Shown here in pieces: positions 1 through 9,658 of a stretch of 64,000 nt of DNA; the stretch's first letter is position 1; each line of letters begins with the position of its first letter. The translations under genes and the position numbers were made by a program. Source of the stretch: a virus; IMG/VR virus record IMGVR_UViG_3300044825_001821, positions 1-64,000 of that record. One strand, 5' to 3'. The notes beneath the pieces are model-generated. The model did not search any database, was not told where the DNA came from, and saw only the letters and a program-made list of their open reading frames with translations.

Positions 1-861
1 AAAAATGTAGATGAAATTGTCACCTTTTTTGAAAAACAGGGAGTTCTTCGTCGTGAAAAGATTATCGCCATTGGTGGTGGTGTTCTCCTTGACATTGTTG
101 GGTTTGCTTGCAGCATATATCGTCGTGGAATTCCATATATCAAAATCCCCACAACACTTCTGGCAATTGTTGATGCCTCAGTTGGGTCAAAAGTAGCAGT
201 TAATCACTTAGGTCGTCGTAATCGTATTGGTGCGTATTATCCACCAGAAGCAACATTCATCGATAAAAAGTTTATTGCAACACAAAGTGAGCGTGAGATT
301 GTCAATGGTATTGCAGAGATATTCAAACTAGCAGTGATCAAATCACCAGAACTTTTCAAGTTGCTTGAAGAGAATGCTGAGATGTTGATTGAAGAAAAGT
401 TTCAACATGGTGCAGTGCCAGTTCGTGTAATCAATCTTGCCATCACAGATATGATAGAAGAACTTGGTCCTAATCTGTGGGAGAAACGATTGGATCGTTG
501 TGTAGATTTCGGTCACACATTCAGCCCAGTGATTGAGATGGCAAACATACCAAATCTGTTGCATGGTGAAGCAGTAGCACTTGATTGCTTGCTCAGTTCG
601 TGTATCTCTTTTAGTAGAACATATATTGGCTCTGATGAATTGAAACGTATATTTGATGTAGCAAAGAGATTAAAACTCAAAACATTTCATCCAGACTTTA
701 CGAATATAAAGATGTTGAAGGAAAGTTTGAGTGATGCAACAAAACATCGTAACGGTAATCAGTTTGCACCATTGCCAATTCACATTGGTAATTACAAGAT
801 CGTAAATGATATCACAGATGAAGATATAAAGTATGGTATTGCTATTTTTGAGGAGATGTGA
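1..861 (+). CDS. Sedoheptulose 7-phosphate cyclase (DHQS superfamily, 2-epi-5-epi-valiolone synthase-like); 5'-truncated by window edge
   Basis: Frame 1 is open from base 1: IAIGGGVLLDIVGF, PTTLLAIVDASVG, NGIAEIFK, MIEELGPNLWE-RCVDFGHTFSP, LLHGEAV. Confidence 0.85.
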   Translation, partial: KNVDEIVTFFEKQGVLRREKIIAIGGGVLLDIVGFACSIYRRGIPYIKIPTTLLAIVDASVGSKVAVNHLGRRNRIGAYYPPEATFIDKKFIATQSEREIVNGIAEIFKLAVIKSPELFKLLEENAEMLIEEKFQHGAVPVRVINLAITDMIEELGPNLWEKRLDRCVDFGHTFSPVIEMANIPNLLHGEAVALDCLLSSCISFSRTYIGSDELKRIFDVAKRLKLKTFHPDFTNIKMLKESLSDATKHRNGNQFAPLPIHIGNYKIVNDITDEDIKYGIAIFEEM

Positions 862-1526
862 TGCGTAAAGTGGCTGTGGTGACAGGTTGTAGTTATGGTC
901 TTGGTCAAGAGATTGCAGACAGACTAATTAACGAAGGGTATTTCGTGTATGGTCTTTCACGTACTAAACCATCAATCAAATTGTTTGCCGCTCCAGACAC
1001 GTTTCAATGGGTAGAATGTGACATATCGAATGCAGAAGAAGTGAGGTTGGCATTTGAAAAGATGGGCGTGTTCATTGATGTGTTAGTCAATAATGCCGGT
1101 GTGTTTGAGTATGGTGAGTTTTCTTCTCAGTCAATGAAAACAATTGATAAAATTATTGATTTGAATGTCAAGGGTACGATGTATGTGACCAAAGCAGCGC
1201 AGAAATATTTGTCACGTGGTTCAAATGTTTTCTTTATCAACTCTGTTGCTGGTTTGTATGAGATAAAAAATGAATCAATCTATGCAGCATCAAAACATGC
1301 ACTTACGGCGTTTGCAGGCATTCTTGGTGAAGAACTTCGTAATGATGGGATCAAAGTAACAAGCATCCATCCTGGTGGTATTGATACGCCAATGCAGAGA
1401 ACAAATCCAAACAAAGATAGATTGTTGGATACAAAAGAAATTACCAACACAATAGTTCATGTATTAAATTCTAAAGCAACATATAAAACAATTAAATTAT
1501 TTTCGGAGTTTGAATGGCATCAATAG
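858..1526 (+). CDS. Short-chain dehydrogenase/reductase
   Basis: VTGCSYGLG, NNAG, YAASK, IHPGGIDT motifs. Confidence 0.92.
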   Translation: MMRKVAVVTGCSYGLGQEIADRLINEGYFVYGLSRTKPSIKLFAAPDTFQWVECDISNAEEVRLAFEKMGVFIDVLVNNAGVFEYGEFSSQSMKTIDKIIDLNVKGTMYVTKAAQKYLSRGSNVFFINSVAGLYEIKNESIYAASKHALTAFAGILGEELRNDGIKVTSIHPGGIDTPMQRTNPNKDRLLDTKEITNTIVHVLNSKATYKTIKLFSEFEWHQ

Positions 1527-2239
1527 AACATAACTCAATTATTCCCAACAAACCTTTATTCATTGTGAGTTCCGCTTTGAATTCACAAATGGGGGTTATT
1601 AATCAAGATGATAGACTAGATCAAACACTTGATGGATTAAAAACTTTAAGAAAATACGTACCAGAAGCAATTATTTTACTTGTTGATGGCTCACCTGTAC
1701 CTGTTCAGGATTTTAAAATTAAAGAAATATCAGAACATGTTGATTTTATCGTTGATTTGTCTGGAGATGAGCAGATTGTAAAATTTGCTATCAATCATCG
1801 CAAAAGTGAGGCTGAAAATGTATTGATGATAAAGACAATGATGCTATTAAAAAAAGAACCCGCAATGATGAAGCTGATGCATTCAGTGAATCGCATCTTT
1901 AAATTATCAGCAAGAACAGACATTCATTCTTCCTTTAAAGTTGATGATCATCTTCATTTTGGTAAATATGTCTTTAAAAAAAGAATGCCAACATGGATTC
2001 AGGACAATAGAAAGTCATTTGCAACAGATTTATTAATTACCAGATTTTTCTCTATGTGCCCATCACTTATTGATGAGTATATCGCTTTAGCCACAGATAA
2101 TATTAATCTGATGATTCAAACCAGAATTGACACTGAACATGCACATTTTGTAAACATTAAGAAAGACCGACTTGTTGAACTTGACGAAATTCACTGTCAG
2201 GGTGTCATGGCAGGCACAGGAGATGTAGAAGTTTACTAA
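1514..2239 (+). CDS. Hypothetical protein, possibly glycosyltransferase-like
   Basis: 241-aa ORF in the cyclase/SDR cluster; ILLVDGS and FKLSAR segments resemble phage GT-like proteins. Confidence 0.4.
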   Translation: MASIEHNSIIPNKPLFIVSSALNSQMGVINQDDRLDQTLDGLKTLRKYVPEAIILLVDGSPVPVQDFKIKEISEHVDFIVDLSGDEQIVKFAINHRKSEAENVLMIKTMMLLKKEPAMMKLMHSVNRIFKLSARTDIHSSFKVDDHLHFGKYVFKKRMPTWIQDNRKSFATDLLITRFFSMCPSLIDEYIALATDNINLMIQTRIDTEHAHFVNIKKDRLVELDEIHCQGVMAGTGDVEVY

Positions 2240-2281
2240 ATACTAAATATCGTAAACAACTGCCGCAGAGGTAGGGGGATT

Positions 2282-5023
2282 ATGAAATTTAGAGATTTTC
2301 TACGTGAACAAAAGGAAAAACATGCCGTCCTGGCTTTTGGGCGCATGAATCCGATCACGAATGGTCACGAAAAATTAGTCAATAAAGTCAAAGAAATTGC
2401 CGATAAGGTCGGTGGTTCTCATCACATCGTCCTGTCACACTCACAGGACGCAAAGAAAAATCCCCTTACAGCAGACCAAAAAGTCAAACACGCCAAACGT
2501 GCCTTTCCTGGCACAAACTTCACAGCAGCATCCAAAGAGAAACCAACATTCTTTGATCACGCAGAGGCATTACACAAGAAAGGTGTAACGCATCTGCACA
2601 TGGTCGGTGGTTCTGATCGCACAGAAGAATATCACAGATTGCTGCACAAATACAATGGCGCACATGAAGGTGCTCGTTTCAACTTCAAAGAAATTAAAGT
2701 ACACTCGGCTGGTGAACGTGATCCAGATGCAGAAGGTGTGACTGGCATCTCAGCATCAAAGATGCGTGAACATGCAAAGAGTGGTGATCTTGATTCATTC
2801 AAGAAAGGTGCACCATCGTCAATGTCACATGCACATGTCAAACAAATGTTCAATGATGTACGCAAGGGTATGAAACTACATGAAGAAATCATTCGTGAAG
2901 GTGTACATGACAAAGGCATTTTCAAAGCAGTGTTTCTTGGTGGTGGTCCTGGCTCAGGCAAAGACTATGTGTTGAGTAAGACACTTGATGGTCATGGTCT
3001 AACAGAAATTAATTCTGATAAAGCACTTGAGTATCTGATGGACAAAGAGGGTCTTGACAAAAAGATGCCTGACAATGAAGAAGCACAGCGTAATGCAGTT
3101 CGCAAACGTGCAAAGAATGTTACAGAATTGCGTCAGCGTTTGGCTCTTCATGGCCGTAATGGATTGATTATCAATGGCACTGGTGATGATCCAGAAAAGT
3201 ATGCCAAGATTAAAGAAATGCTTGAAAAGATGGGTTATGAAACATCAATGATCATGGTCAATACAGATGATGAAGTATCAAAAGCAAGAAACGTTGAGCG
3301 TGGACAACGTGGTGGCCGCACCGTGCCAGAAAATATTCGTAAAGAAAAATGGGATTCTGTGCAAGCAGCACGCCCAATGTTTGGTAAAATATTTCGTGAT
3401 AGTTATACTGAATTTGATAACTCAGAAGATTTGCGTACAGCACCACCAGAAGTTGTTGAGTCAAAAACAAAAGAGTTGGATGGCATCTTCAAAAATATGC
3501 AGAAGTTTGTAAACAAACCACCGAAGAATGATTCAGCAAAAGGTTGGATTGCTACAGAGTTAGGTAAAAAAGATACTGCACCAATTCGTACCGACATGAA
3601 ACCACATGCTGCTGCCGGCACACATGATGAAATGAACACGATGGGTCTTGAGTATTATGGTTTTGGCCGTTATGGAAAAAATGGTAAAGTCACACATCGT
3701 TCGGTACATGGCAGTCTTGTACCAGTAGAGAAGATTGCAAAAACTGTTGAGACTCATCAAAAGAAAATGGCTAAGATAGATGAAGCCGTTACAGTTTCAG
3801 TTACAGGTGATACAGTAGAAGAAGTTACACGTACACTCCGTTTGCTCAAATCTGATGAAGAGGAAATGACAGAAGAAGATATCAATACAATGTCTGATCC
3901 CGGTGCGTTTAATTTATTAACTCTTGGTCAAAGTATGATCAAAGAAGATTTGCGTAATTGGTTTAATCCAAAACATCCAGAAGGTGGATGGAAACGAATC
4001 AATAGTAAAGGTGAAGCAATAGGTCCTTGTGCAAGAGAACCTGGCGAACCAAAACCCAAATGTATGTCAAATGCAAAACGTGCAAGTCTTTCAAAGAAAG
4101 AACGTGCATCAGCAGTCGCAGCAAAACGCCGTCATGATCCAGTAGCAGATCGTTCAGGCAAGGGTGGAAAACCCGTAAATGTTTCTAGTTATGGCAAAGG
4201 TAAAATAAGTGAAGCTGCTTATCCTGGTAACATTGGTATGATGGAAGTTATGAAGTTTCATCAAAAAGCAACTGACGAGCAGAAGAAACAATTTAAGAAA
4301 CACATGGCTGATAAAAATCACAAAGAAGCGTGGAAATTAGTTCAACATGTATCTGGTACAAAGCTCATTGGTAAACAATTTGAGGAAATAGAAAAGAAAC
4401 AAAAATTATTAACAGATAAAAATGGTAAAGTTCGTTTGTTCTTCATTCGTGGCTCAGCAGCGAAAGAAGCACATCAAAAGGGCGGTACTGTAGCAAAAGT
4501 TGGTAAGAGATATGTTGTCAAACTTAGAGAGGACTTAGATGAAATTTATACACCTAGTGATTCTACGATTGAAATCCATTATGGACAGAATAGTTCCACC
4601 CCTTCCGCAGCAGAATTACAAAAGGGTAGAACCAGTGTTAGAAGAAAAGAAAGACCCAGCGCCGACAAACCCGTTGCCGAAGCAAGAAGAACCATCACCC
4701 TTGCCACAATCAAAGAAAACTGGCAAAAGAAAATCGAAGAGTCAATCGACAAAGGCATAGAACCCGGCACTTCTATGGCTGGCACTGGTGAATCACCTGC
4801 ACGTGATATGGGTGAGAAATTAGATAAGAATGGTAAAGCTACACAAGTAACATGTAATGGTACAGGAGCGGGCATAGATTGTCCAAAGCATGGTGCGAAA
4901 AACTGTAGACTTACTGAACTTACCGGTGATACGACAACAGCAAGCATTGGTGATCAGAAAGAAGATGAATTAAAGAAAAAAGGTATCTCACTAACAACAT
5001 TTAAAAAGAGAAATTACATATGA
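2282..5023 (+). CDS. Multidomain putative internal head protein: cytidyltransferase-like domain + zeta-toxin-like P-loop kinase + small modules
   Basis: FGRMNPITNGHEKL (HIGH-like), ISASKMR, VFLGGGPGSGKD; N-terminus MKFRDFLRE; (L/I)xE linkers. Confidence 0.75.
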   Translation: MKFRDFLREQKEKHAVLAFGRMNPITNGHEKLVNKVKEIADKVGGSHHIVLSHSQDAKKNPLTADQKVKHAKRAFPGTNFTAASKEKPTFFDHAEALHKKGVTHLHMVGGSDRTEEYHRLLHKYNGAHEGARFNFKEIKVHSAGERDPDAEGVTGISASKMREHAKSGDLDSFKKGAPSSMSHAHVKQMFNDVRKGMKLHEEIIREGVHDKGIFKAVFLGGGPGSGKDYVLSKTLDGHGLTEINSDKALEYLMDKEGLDKKMPDNEEAQRNAVRKRAKNVTELRQRLALHGRNGLIINGTGDDPEKYAKIKEMLEKMGYETSMIMVNTDDEVSKARNVERGQRGGRTVPENIRKEKWDSVQAARPMFGKIFRDSYTEFDNSEDLRTAPPEVVESKTKELDGIFKNMQKFVNKPPKNDSAKGWIATELGKKDTAPIRTDMKPHAAAGTHDEMNTMGLEYYGFGRYGKNGKVTHRSVHGSLVPVEKIAKTVETHQKKMAKIDEAVTVSVTGDTVEEVTRTLRLLKSDEEEMTEEDINTMSDPGAFNLLTLGQSMIKEDLRNWFNPKHPEGGWKRINSKGEAIGPCAREPGEPKPKCMSNAKRASLSKKERASAVAAKRRHDPVADRSGKGGKPVNVSSYGKGKISEAAYPGNIGMMEVMKFHQKATDEQKKQFKKHMADKNHKEAWKLVQHVSGTKLIGKQFEEIEKKQKLLTDKNGKVRLFFIRGSAAKEAHQKGGTVAKVGKRYVVKLREDLDEIYTPSDSTIEIHYGQNSSTPSAAELQKGRTSVRRKERPSADKPVAEARRTITLATIKENWQKKIEESIDKGIEPGTSMAGTGESPARDMGEKLDKNGKATQVTCNGTGAGIDCPKHGAKNCRLTELTGDTTTASIGDQKEDELKKKGISLTTFKKRNYI

Positions 5024-5667
5024 AATCATTCAAAGATTACATGACAGAGAGATGTTGGCCTGGATATAAACCAGCGCCAGGTAAAAAAGCATATGCAAAA
5101 GGTTCATGTGTAAAAGAAGAAATTGAACAGATTGATGAAATCTCTAAAGAAACTGCTGGTAAATATTTGACAGCGCCACAGGGTAAAGGAGCAAACAAGT
5201 ATAAAGTTAGTTCCGATAAATCAGTCTATCCTGATATAGCAACAATGTCAAAGCATAGCACAAATGTTCGTAGAGCATTGAAAAGAAGTGAAGGTAGTTC
5301 ACTGTACAAAAAACCAGATTATTACAAAGAAGAGGAAGATTACGAAGCAGATGATGGTTCACTCACAGAAGACCAATTAGAACAGATTCAAGAAGTCGCA
5401 GCATGGCAGCGTAAAGAGGGTAAATCTGAATCTGGTGGTTTAAATCGTAAAGGTATCGAATCATATCGTCGTGAGAATCCTGGTTCAAAACTATCGATGG
5501 CTGTAACAACAAAGCCAAGCAAATTGAAGCCGGGTTCTAAAGCAGCAAATCGTCGTAAGTCATTCTGTGCAAGAATGGGTGGTATGAAGCGCAGACTAAC
5601 ATCTACAAAAACTGCACGTGATCCAGATTCACGTATCAACAAAGCATTGAGAAAGTGGAACTGCTAA
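5020..5667 (+). CDS. Putative internal head protein, modular
   Basis: N-terminus MKSFKDYMTE, EEIEQIDE linker, C-terminal AAWQRKEGK...SFCARM...LRKWNC module recognisable from T4-like phages. Confidence 0.65.
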   Translation: MKSFKDYMTERCWPGYKPAPGKKAYAKGSCVKEEIEQIDEISKETAGKYLTAPQGKGANKYKVSSDKSVYPDIATMSKHSTNVRRALKRSEGSSLYKKPDYYKEEEDYEADDGSLTEDQLEQIQEVAAWQRKEGKSESGGLNRKGIESYRRENPGSKLSMAVTTKPSKLKPGSKAANRRKSFCARMGGMKRRLTSTKTARDPDSRINKALRKWNC

Positions 5668-6978
5668 GTGGCACAGTTTAGAACGGACTTACATAAGATA
5701 GATTCAGGACAAGTATTCACTCGTTATGAAGTGAATATGATGTCTGATCGTCTTTCACCATCTGGCACTTTGACAGATGCGTTTGGCCGTTTGCGTATCG
5801 TAAATCCTTTTACTTTGTTTGAAAGCACACATCGTTTTTCTGATAATGGTCTGTGGGTAACATCAAACACAGCAAGTAATAGTTCATACACTTTTGTTGA
5901 AAATCAAAGCATGATTGCGATGACTGTTGGCACAACTGCAAATGCTGAAGTTGCCAGAGAAACGACAAAAGTTATGTCTTATCAACCAGGTAAATCTTTG
6001 TTGATTATGTCAACATTTGCTATGGAAACACCAAAAGCAAATGTTCGTCAAAGAGTAGGATATTTTGGTCAAAGTAATGGCATTTATTTGGAAAATGATG
6101 GCACAACAACTTATTTTGTATTAAGAAGTAACACATCAAGCACAGTTACAGAAACAAGAGTTGCACAATCAGATTGGAATGTAGATAAGTTTGATGGTAC
6201 AGGCTACTCAGCACAAAGTGGTGGCGCAGAACACACTGATGGTGTTGATGTGAGTAAAACAAACATTCTTTGGATGGACATTGAATGGTTAGGTGTTGGT
6301 GATGTTCGTTGTGGTTTTGTAGTTGATGGAAAAATGATTCCAGCACATATATTCCATAACGATAATAAAAATTTACAACCATACATGACTACGGCTTCTT
6401 TGCCATTGAGATATGAAATAAAGAACACAGGAATTACAACAAGTAACTCAACATTAAAACAAATATGTTCAACAGTCATTTCAGAAGGTGGTTATGAATT
6501 ATACGGCTCACAACAAGCCATTCAAACACCAATTGGTTCACCTATTGATTTACCAACGTCTGGAACATATTATCCAGTTATTTCACTAAGATTAAAAGCA
6601 AATCGTTTAGATGCAATCGTAATTCTTACTGCACTATCAATATTGGGTATTACGAATAACTCAGTTTATAATTGGCAAGTACGAGCAGGTGCGAATACCA
6701 CTGGAGGTGGAACTTGGGTGAGTGCGGGAGATAATTCTTCTGTTGAATACAAAATTGATGGCGGCACAATGACTGGCGGCAGAATATTAGCATCAGGCTT
6801 TACTGGCGCAACAATTAGTGCAATACCAGTTGATATTCTTAAAGAAGCACTATTCAAATTTCAATTAGAAAGAGACAGTTTCACTAACACTCCATACGAA
6901 CTAACATTATGTGCTTCTGCTACCATAAACGGTTCAGACATATATGCATCGATGGATTGGGAAGAGATTACAAGATAA
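5668..6978 (+). CDS. Putative virion structural protein
   Basis: 436-aa beta-rich protein (DAFGRLR, WLGVGDVRCGF) resembling structural proteins of T4-like aquatic phages. Confidence 0.55.
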   Translation: MAQFRTDLHKIDSGQVFTRYEVNMMSDRLSPSGTLTDAFGRLRIVNPFTLFESTHRFSDNGLWVTSNTASNSSYTFVENQSMIAMTVGTTANAEVARETTKVMSYQPGKSLLIMSTFAMETPKANVRQRVGYFGQSNGIYLENDGTTTYFVLRSNTSSTVTETRVAQSDWNVDKFDGTGYSAQSGGAEHTDGVDVSKTNILWMDIEWLGVGDVRCGFVVDGKMIPAHIFHNDNKNLQPYMTTASLPLRYEIKNTGITTSNSTLKQICSTVISEGGYELYGSQQAIQTPIGSPIDLPTSGTYYPVISLRLKANRLDAIVILTALSILGITNNSVYNWQVRAGANTTGGGTWVSAGDNSSVEYKIDGGTMTGGRILASGFTGATISAIPVDILKEALFKFQLERDSFTNTPYELTLCASATINGSDIYASMDWEEITR

Positions 6979-7001
6979 TAAAACTAAATCAGGAGAACAA
7001 C

Positions 7002-8312
7002 ATGTCAATTTTCAATGACAAAGCACTGAAAGGTGTAGCAGAAGCAGCAGCAAAAATCATGGCAGAAACAAGCCATGGTACACATCCAAAGACACCTAAA
7101 GAAAAATCTTTAGCAGCACTTGCACATCCAAAAGATAAGATTACACACAAAGATGTGTTGGTAGGTCGTGGTGTTCTGAAGAAAGAAGAGAAAGAACAAC
7201 TTGATGAAGTTGGTGATACACCAGCAGGTAGAAAAGCACTTGGTTCATATGTGACCAAAGCAATTGCCGACAAGACAAAAGATCACACAAAAGGTCTGCG
7301 TAAGGCAACATCACGCATGTACAAAGATGATTACTATGGTAAAAAGAATGAAGAAGTTGAACTGAATGAAGAAGCAGAACAACTTCAAGAATATGAATCA
7401 AAAGGTGGCGTATACAAACACAAGGGCACCTACGGTTCTTCATATAAGACAGATGAAGAAGGCGATGAGAAGAAAAGCAAAAAGGGTAAAACCCTTGGTG
7501 CTCGTCAAGATTTTATCCGTTCAACCCGTGAAAATGAAAAACCAGGTGAGTACAAAAAAACTGAAGGCGCATACAAAAAAGAAAGTGATAAGGCTAAAAA
7601 AACTAGAGCCAAAAATTATGAAAGCATGGCAAAATATATTTCTGCAAATGAATCATTGTCATTTACAGAGATGCTTGAATTGTACAATGAACAGGGTTTA
7701 AAAGTTCTTGCACCAATTGAAACGGAAGAAATGAATATTGATGGCACAACAATTGAAGTTATTGATGCCGACAAGGTAAATGGTGTTGTTGAAACTATCG
7801 TTGAAGAACCAACAAACGATGAGTTCACAAAAGAGTTTGAAGATCAAAAAGCAAGTTTTGAGGGTAAAAAGAAACAACCAAAAGTTGCTGCTGGTAAAAC
7901 AACTGGCGTAAAAGTTATGCCAGAAGAAGTTGAACAAATTGATGAGTTGTCAAGAGGCACTTTAGCATCATATACTAATAAAGCAGCGCATAATATGTCT
8001 ACAATGACGGGAATAGCTGCAAAACATTCAACACCAGCGGGCAATCCTAAAAAAGGCTCCGAAGAAAAGGCTAAAAAACTTTCTAAAACTATTGTTAATA
8101 GAATGCATGGTATTAATAGATCAACTTCCCGTTTGGCTAAAGAAGAAGTTGAACAAATTGATGAGCGTGAACTAACAAAAGATGAAGCCAAAAAGAAAGA
8201 AGATTATGTGATGGGTATGAAGAAAGGTCTTTCTGGTTTCAAACAGCGTTATGGTGAACGTGCTAAATCAGTAATGTACGCAACAGCAACTAAGATGGCA
8301 AAGAAAGACTAA
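7002..8312 (+). CDS. Putative internal head polyprotein
   Basis: AGGAG before ATG 7002; repeated EEVEQIDE / EEVELNEE linkers between basic modules. Confidence 0.65.
   Translation: MSIFNDKALKGVAEAAAKIMAETSHGTHPKTPKEKSLAALAHPKDKITHKDVLVGRGVLKKEEKEQLDEVGDTPAGRKALGSYVTKAIADKTKDHTKGLRKATSRMYKDDYYGKKNEEVELNEEAEQLQEYESKGGVYKHKGTYGSSYKTDEEGDEKKSKKGKTLGARQDFIRSTRENEKPGEYKKTEGAYKKESDKAKKTRAKNYESMAKYISANESLSFTEMLELYNEQGLKVLAPIETEEMNIDGTTIEVIDADKVNGVVETIVEEPTNDEFTKEFEDQKASFEGKKKQPKVAAGKTTGVKVMPEEVEQIDELSRGTLASYTNKAAHNMSTMTGIAAKHSTPAGNPKKGSEEKAKKLSKTIVNRMHGINRSTSRLAKEEVEQIDERELTKDEAKKKEDYVMGMKKGLSGFKQRYGERAKSVMYATATKMAKKD
7922..8165 (+). repeat. Identical 25-nt direct repeat AGAAGAAGTTGAACAAATTGATGAG (7922-7946, 8141-8165) encoding EEVEQIDE
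   Basis: Direct comparison; degenerate copies near 5116 and 8461. Confidence 0.85.
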
Positions 8313-8313
8313 T

Positions 8314-9627
8314 ATGAAAGTCAAACCTCTAAAAATCAAAATAAAGCAGCCGACACCAACGGCTGCTGAGAGGTTATATCAGAGACATCAGGAAATTCGA
8401 AAAAAGTCTGGACTTCCTGATCCTTCTGAATATAAGAAAAAACTTGATGCAATGAAGAATGAAGAGATAGAACAACTCGATGAGATGCCAGAGTCAAGCA
8501 TGAAAACCCGTGATGTACATGCTCATCTTAAAAAATCAGGTTGGTCACTTAAAAGAACTTCTGGTGGTCATGATGTGTATGGTCACCCAAAATCGAAGGA
8601 GAATATTTCTGTGCCAAGACATAAACAACTTAAAGCACCATTAATTCGTGGTATCATGAAAGCATCAAGAGTTTCTGAAGAGACAGAAATTGATGAACAA
8701 TTAGAAAAGAAAGGACGATTTGTGTCTGGACCACCTAAGAAAACATTTAAGGCACCCACGATTGTGTCGCCAATTAGAGAGGCGAAAGACCCACGTGAAT
8801 ATGATTATGAAGGTGATATGGCAATGTCACAACTTCGTTCACTCATATTCAATGCAGAAGATTTGATTGATCTGATGGAAGAAAATTCAAACTTACCTGA
8901 GTGGGTACAATCAAAGATTACACTTGCTGAAGATTATATTTCTACAGCAGCGAACTATCTGCGTGGTGAATTGACGGAAGCAGCAAATCCTGCACAACAA
9001 GCAGCAATTGCTATCAATATGAAGAAAAAAGGTATCAAACCTAAGAATGAAGAAGTTGAACTTTCTGAAGGTCGCCCATCACAGCGTCATCCATTAGAAG
9101 GTCATGAGTACCATAAAAAATCAGATGAGGCATTAGTTCATATTGCCAAAGATGCACATGCAGCAGCAGAAGCAATGAAAGGTCACAATACAGCAGCAGA
9201 GAACAAATATCGTGATCAAGCAAATGATTCTGCGACTGTAAGATACTATCGCAAGAAACATGGTATGCCTGATTGGTACAAAAAGAAGTATGGTCATGTT
9301 AAAGAGGAGATTGAGTATCTTGAAGAAAAGAATGCTCCAACTAATCCCGAATTGTGGTCAAGAGCAAAAGCACTTGCACGTTCCAAGTTTGATGTTTATC
9401 CATCAGCATACGCTAATGGCTGGGCAGCAAAGTGGTACAAATCTAAAGGTGGTGGTTGGAAAACTGTCAGTGAAGAAGCAGAAGAGCCAAGCATGGCAGC
9501 AAGAACTCTGTCACGTAAAGCACAGATCGTAAAAGATGCTGCAAAAAGTAAGAAAGTAGATAAAGAAGAGGCATCGGATAAGTTTCAGAAAGACCCCGAA
9601 TTGTCTAGCGATATACAGAAAACATAA
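8314..9627 (+). CDS. Putative internal head polyprotein containing a HicA-like domain
   Basis: MKTRDVHAHLKKSGWSLKRTSGGHDVYGHPKSKENISVPRHKQLKAPLIRGIMK lies between EEIEQLDE and EETEIDE; also LPEWVQSKI and YPSAYANGW modules. Confidence 0.7.
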   Translation: MKVKPLKIKIKQPTPTAAERLYQRHQEIRKKSGLPDPSEYKKKLDAMKNEEIEQLDEMPESSMKTRDVHAHLKKSGWSLKRTSGGHDVYGHPKSKENISVPRHKQLKAPLIRGIMKASRVSEETEIDEQLEKKGRFVSGPPKKTFKAPTIVSPIREAKDPREYDYEGDMAMSQLRSLIFNAEDLIDLMEENSNLPEWVQSKITLAEDYISTAANYLRGELTEAANPAQQAAIAINMKKKGIKPKNEEVELSEGRPSQRHPLEGHEYHKKSDEALVHIAKDAHAAAEAMKGHNTAAENKYRDQANDSATVRYYRKKHGMPDWYKKKYGHVKEEIEYLEEKNAPTNPELWSRAKALARSKFDVYPSAYANGWAAKWYKSKGGGWKTVSEEAEEPSMAARTLSRKAQIVKDAAKSKKVDKEEASDKFQKDPELSSDIQKT

Positions 9628-9658
9628 ATAACTAATCAAAGATTTATAGGAGAAAAAC

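Noticed and set aside
11-196. 61-aa ORF in the track
   Set aside because: Out-of-frame shadow of the cyclase gene, which is open in frame 1 from base 1.
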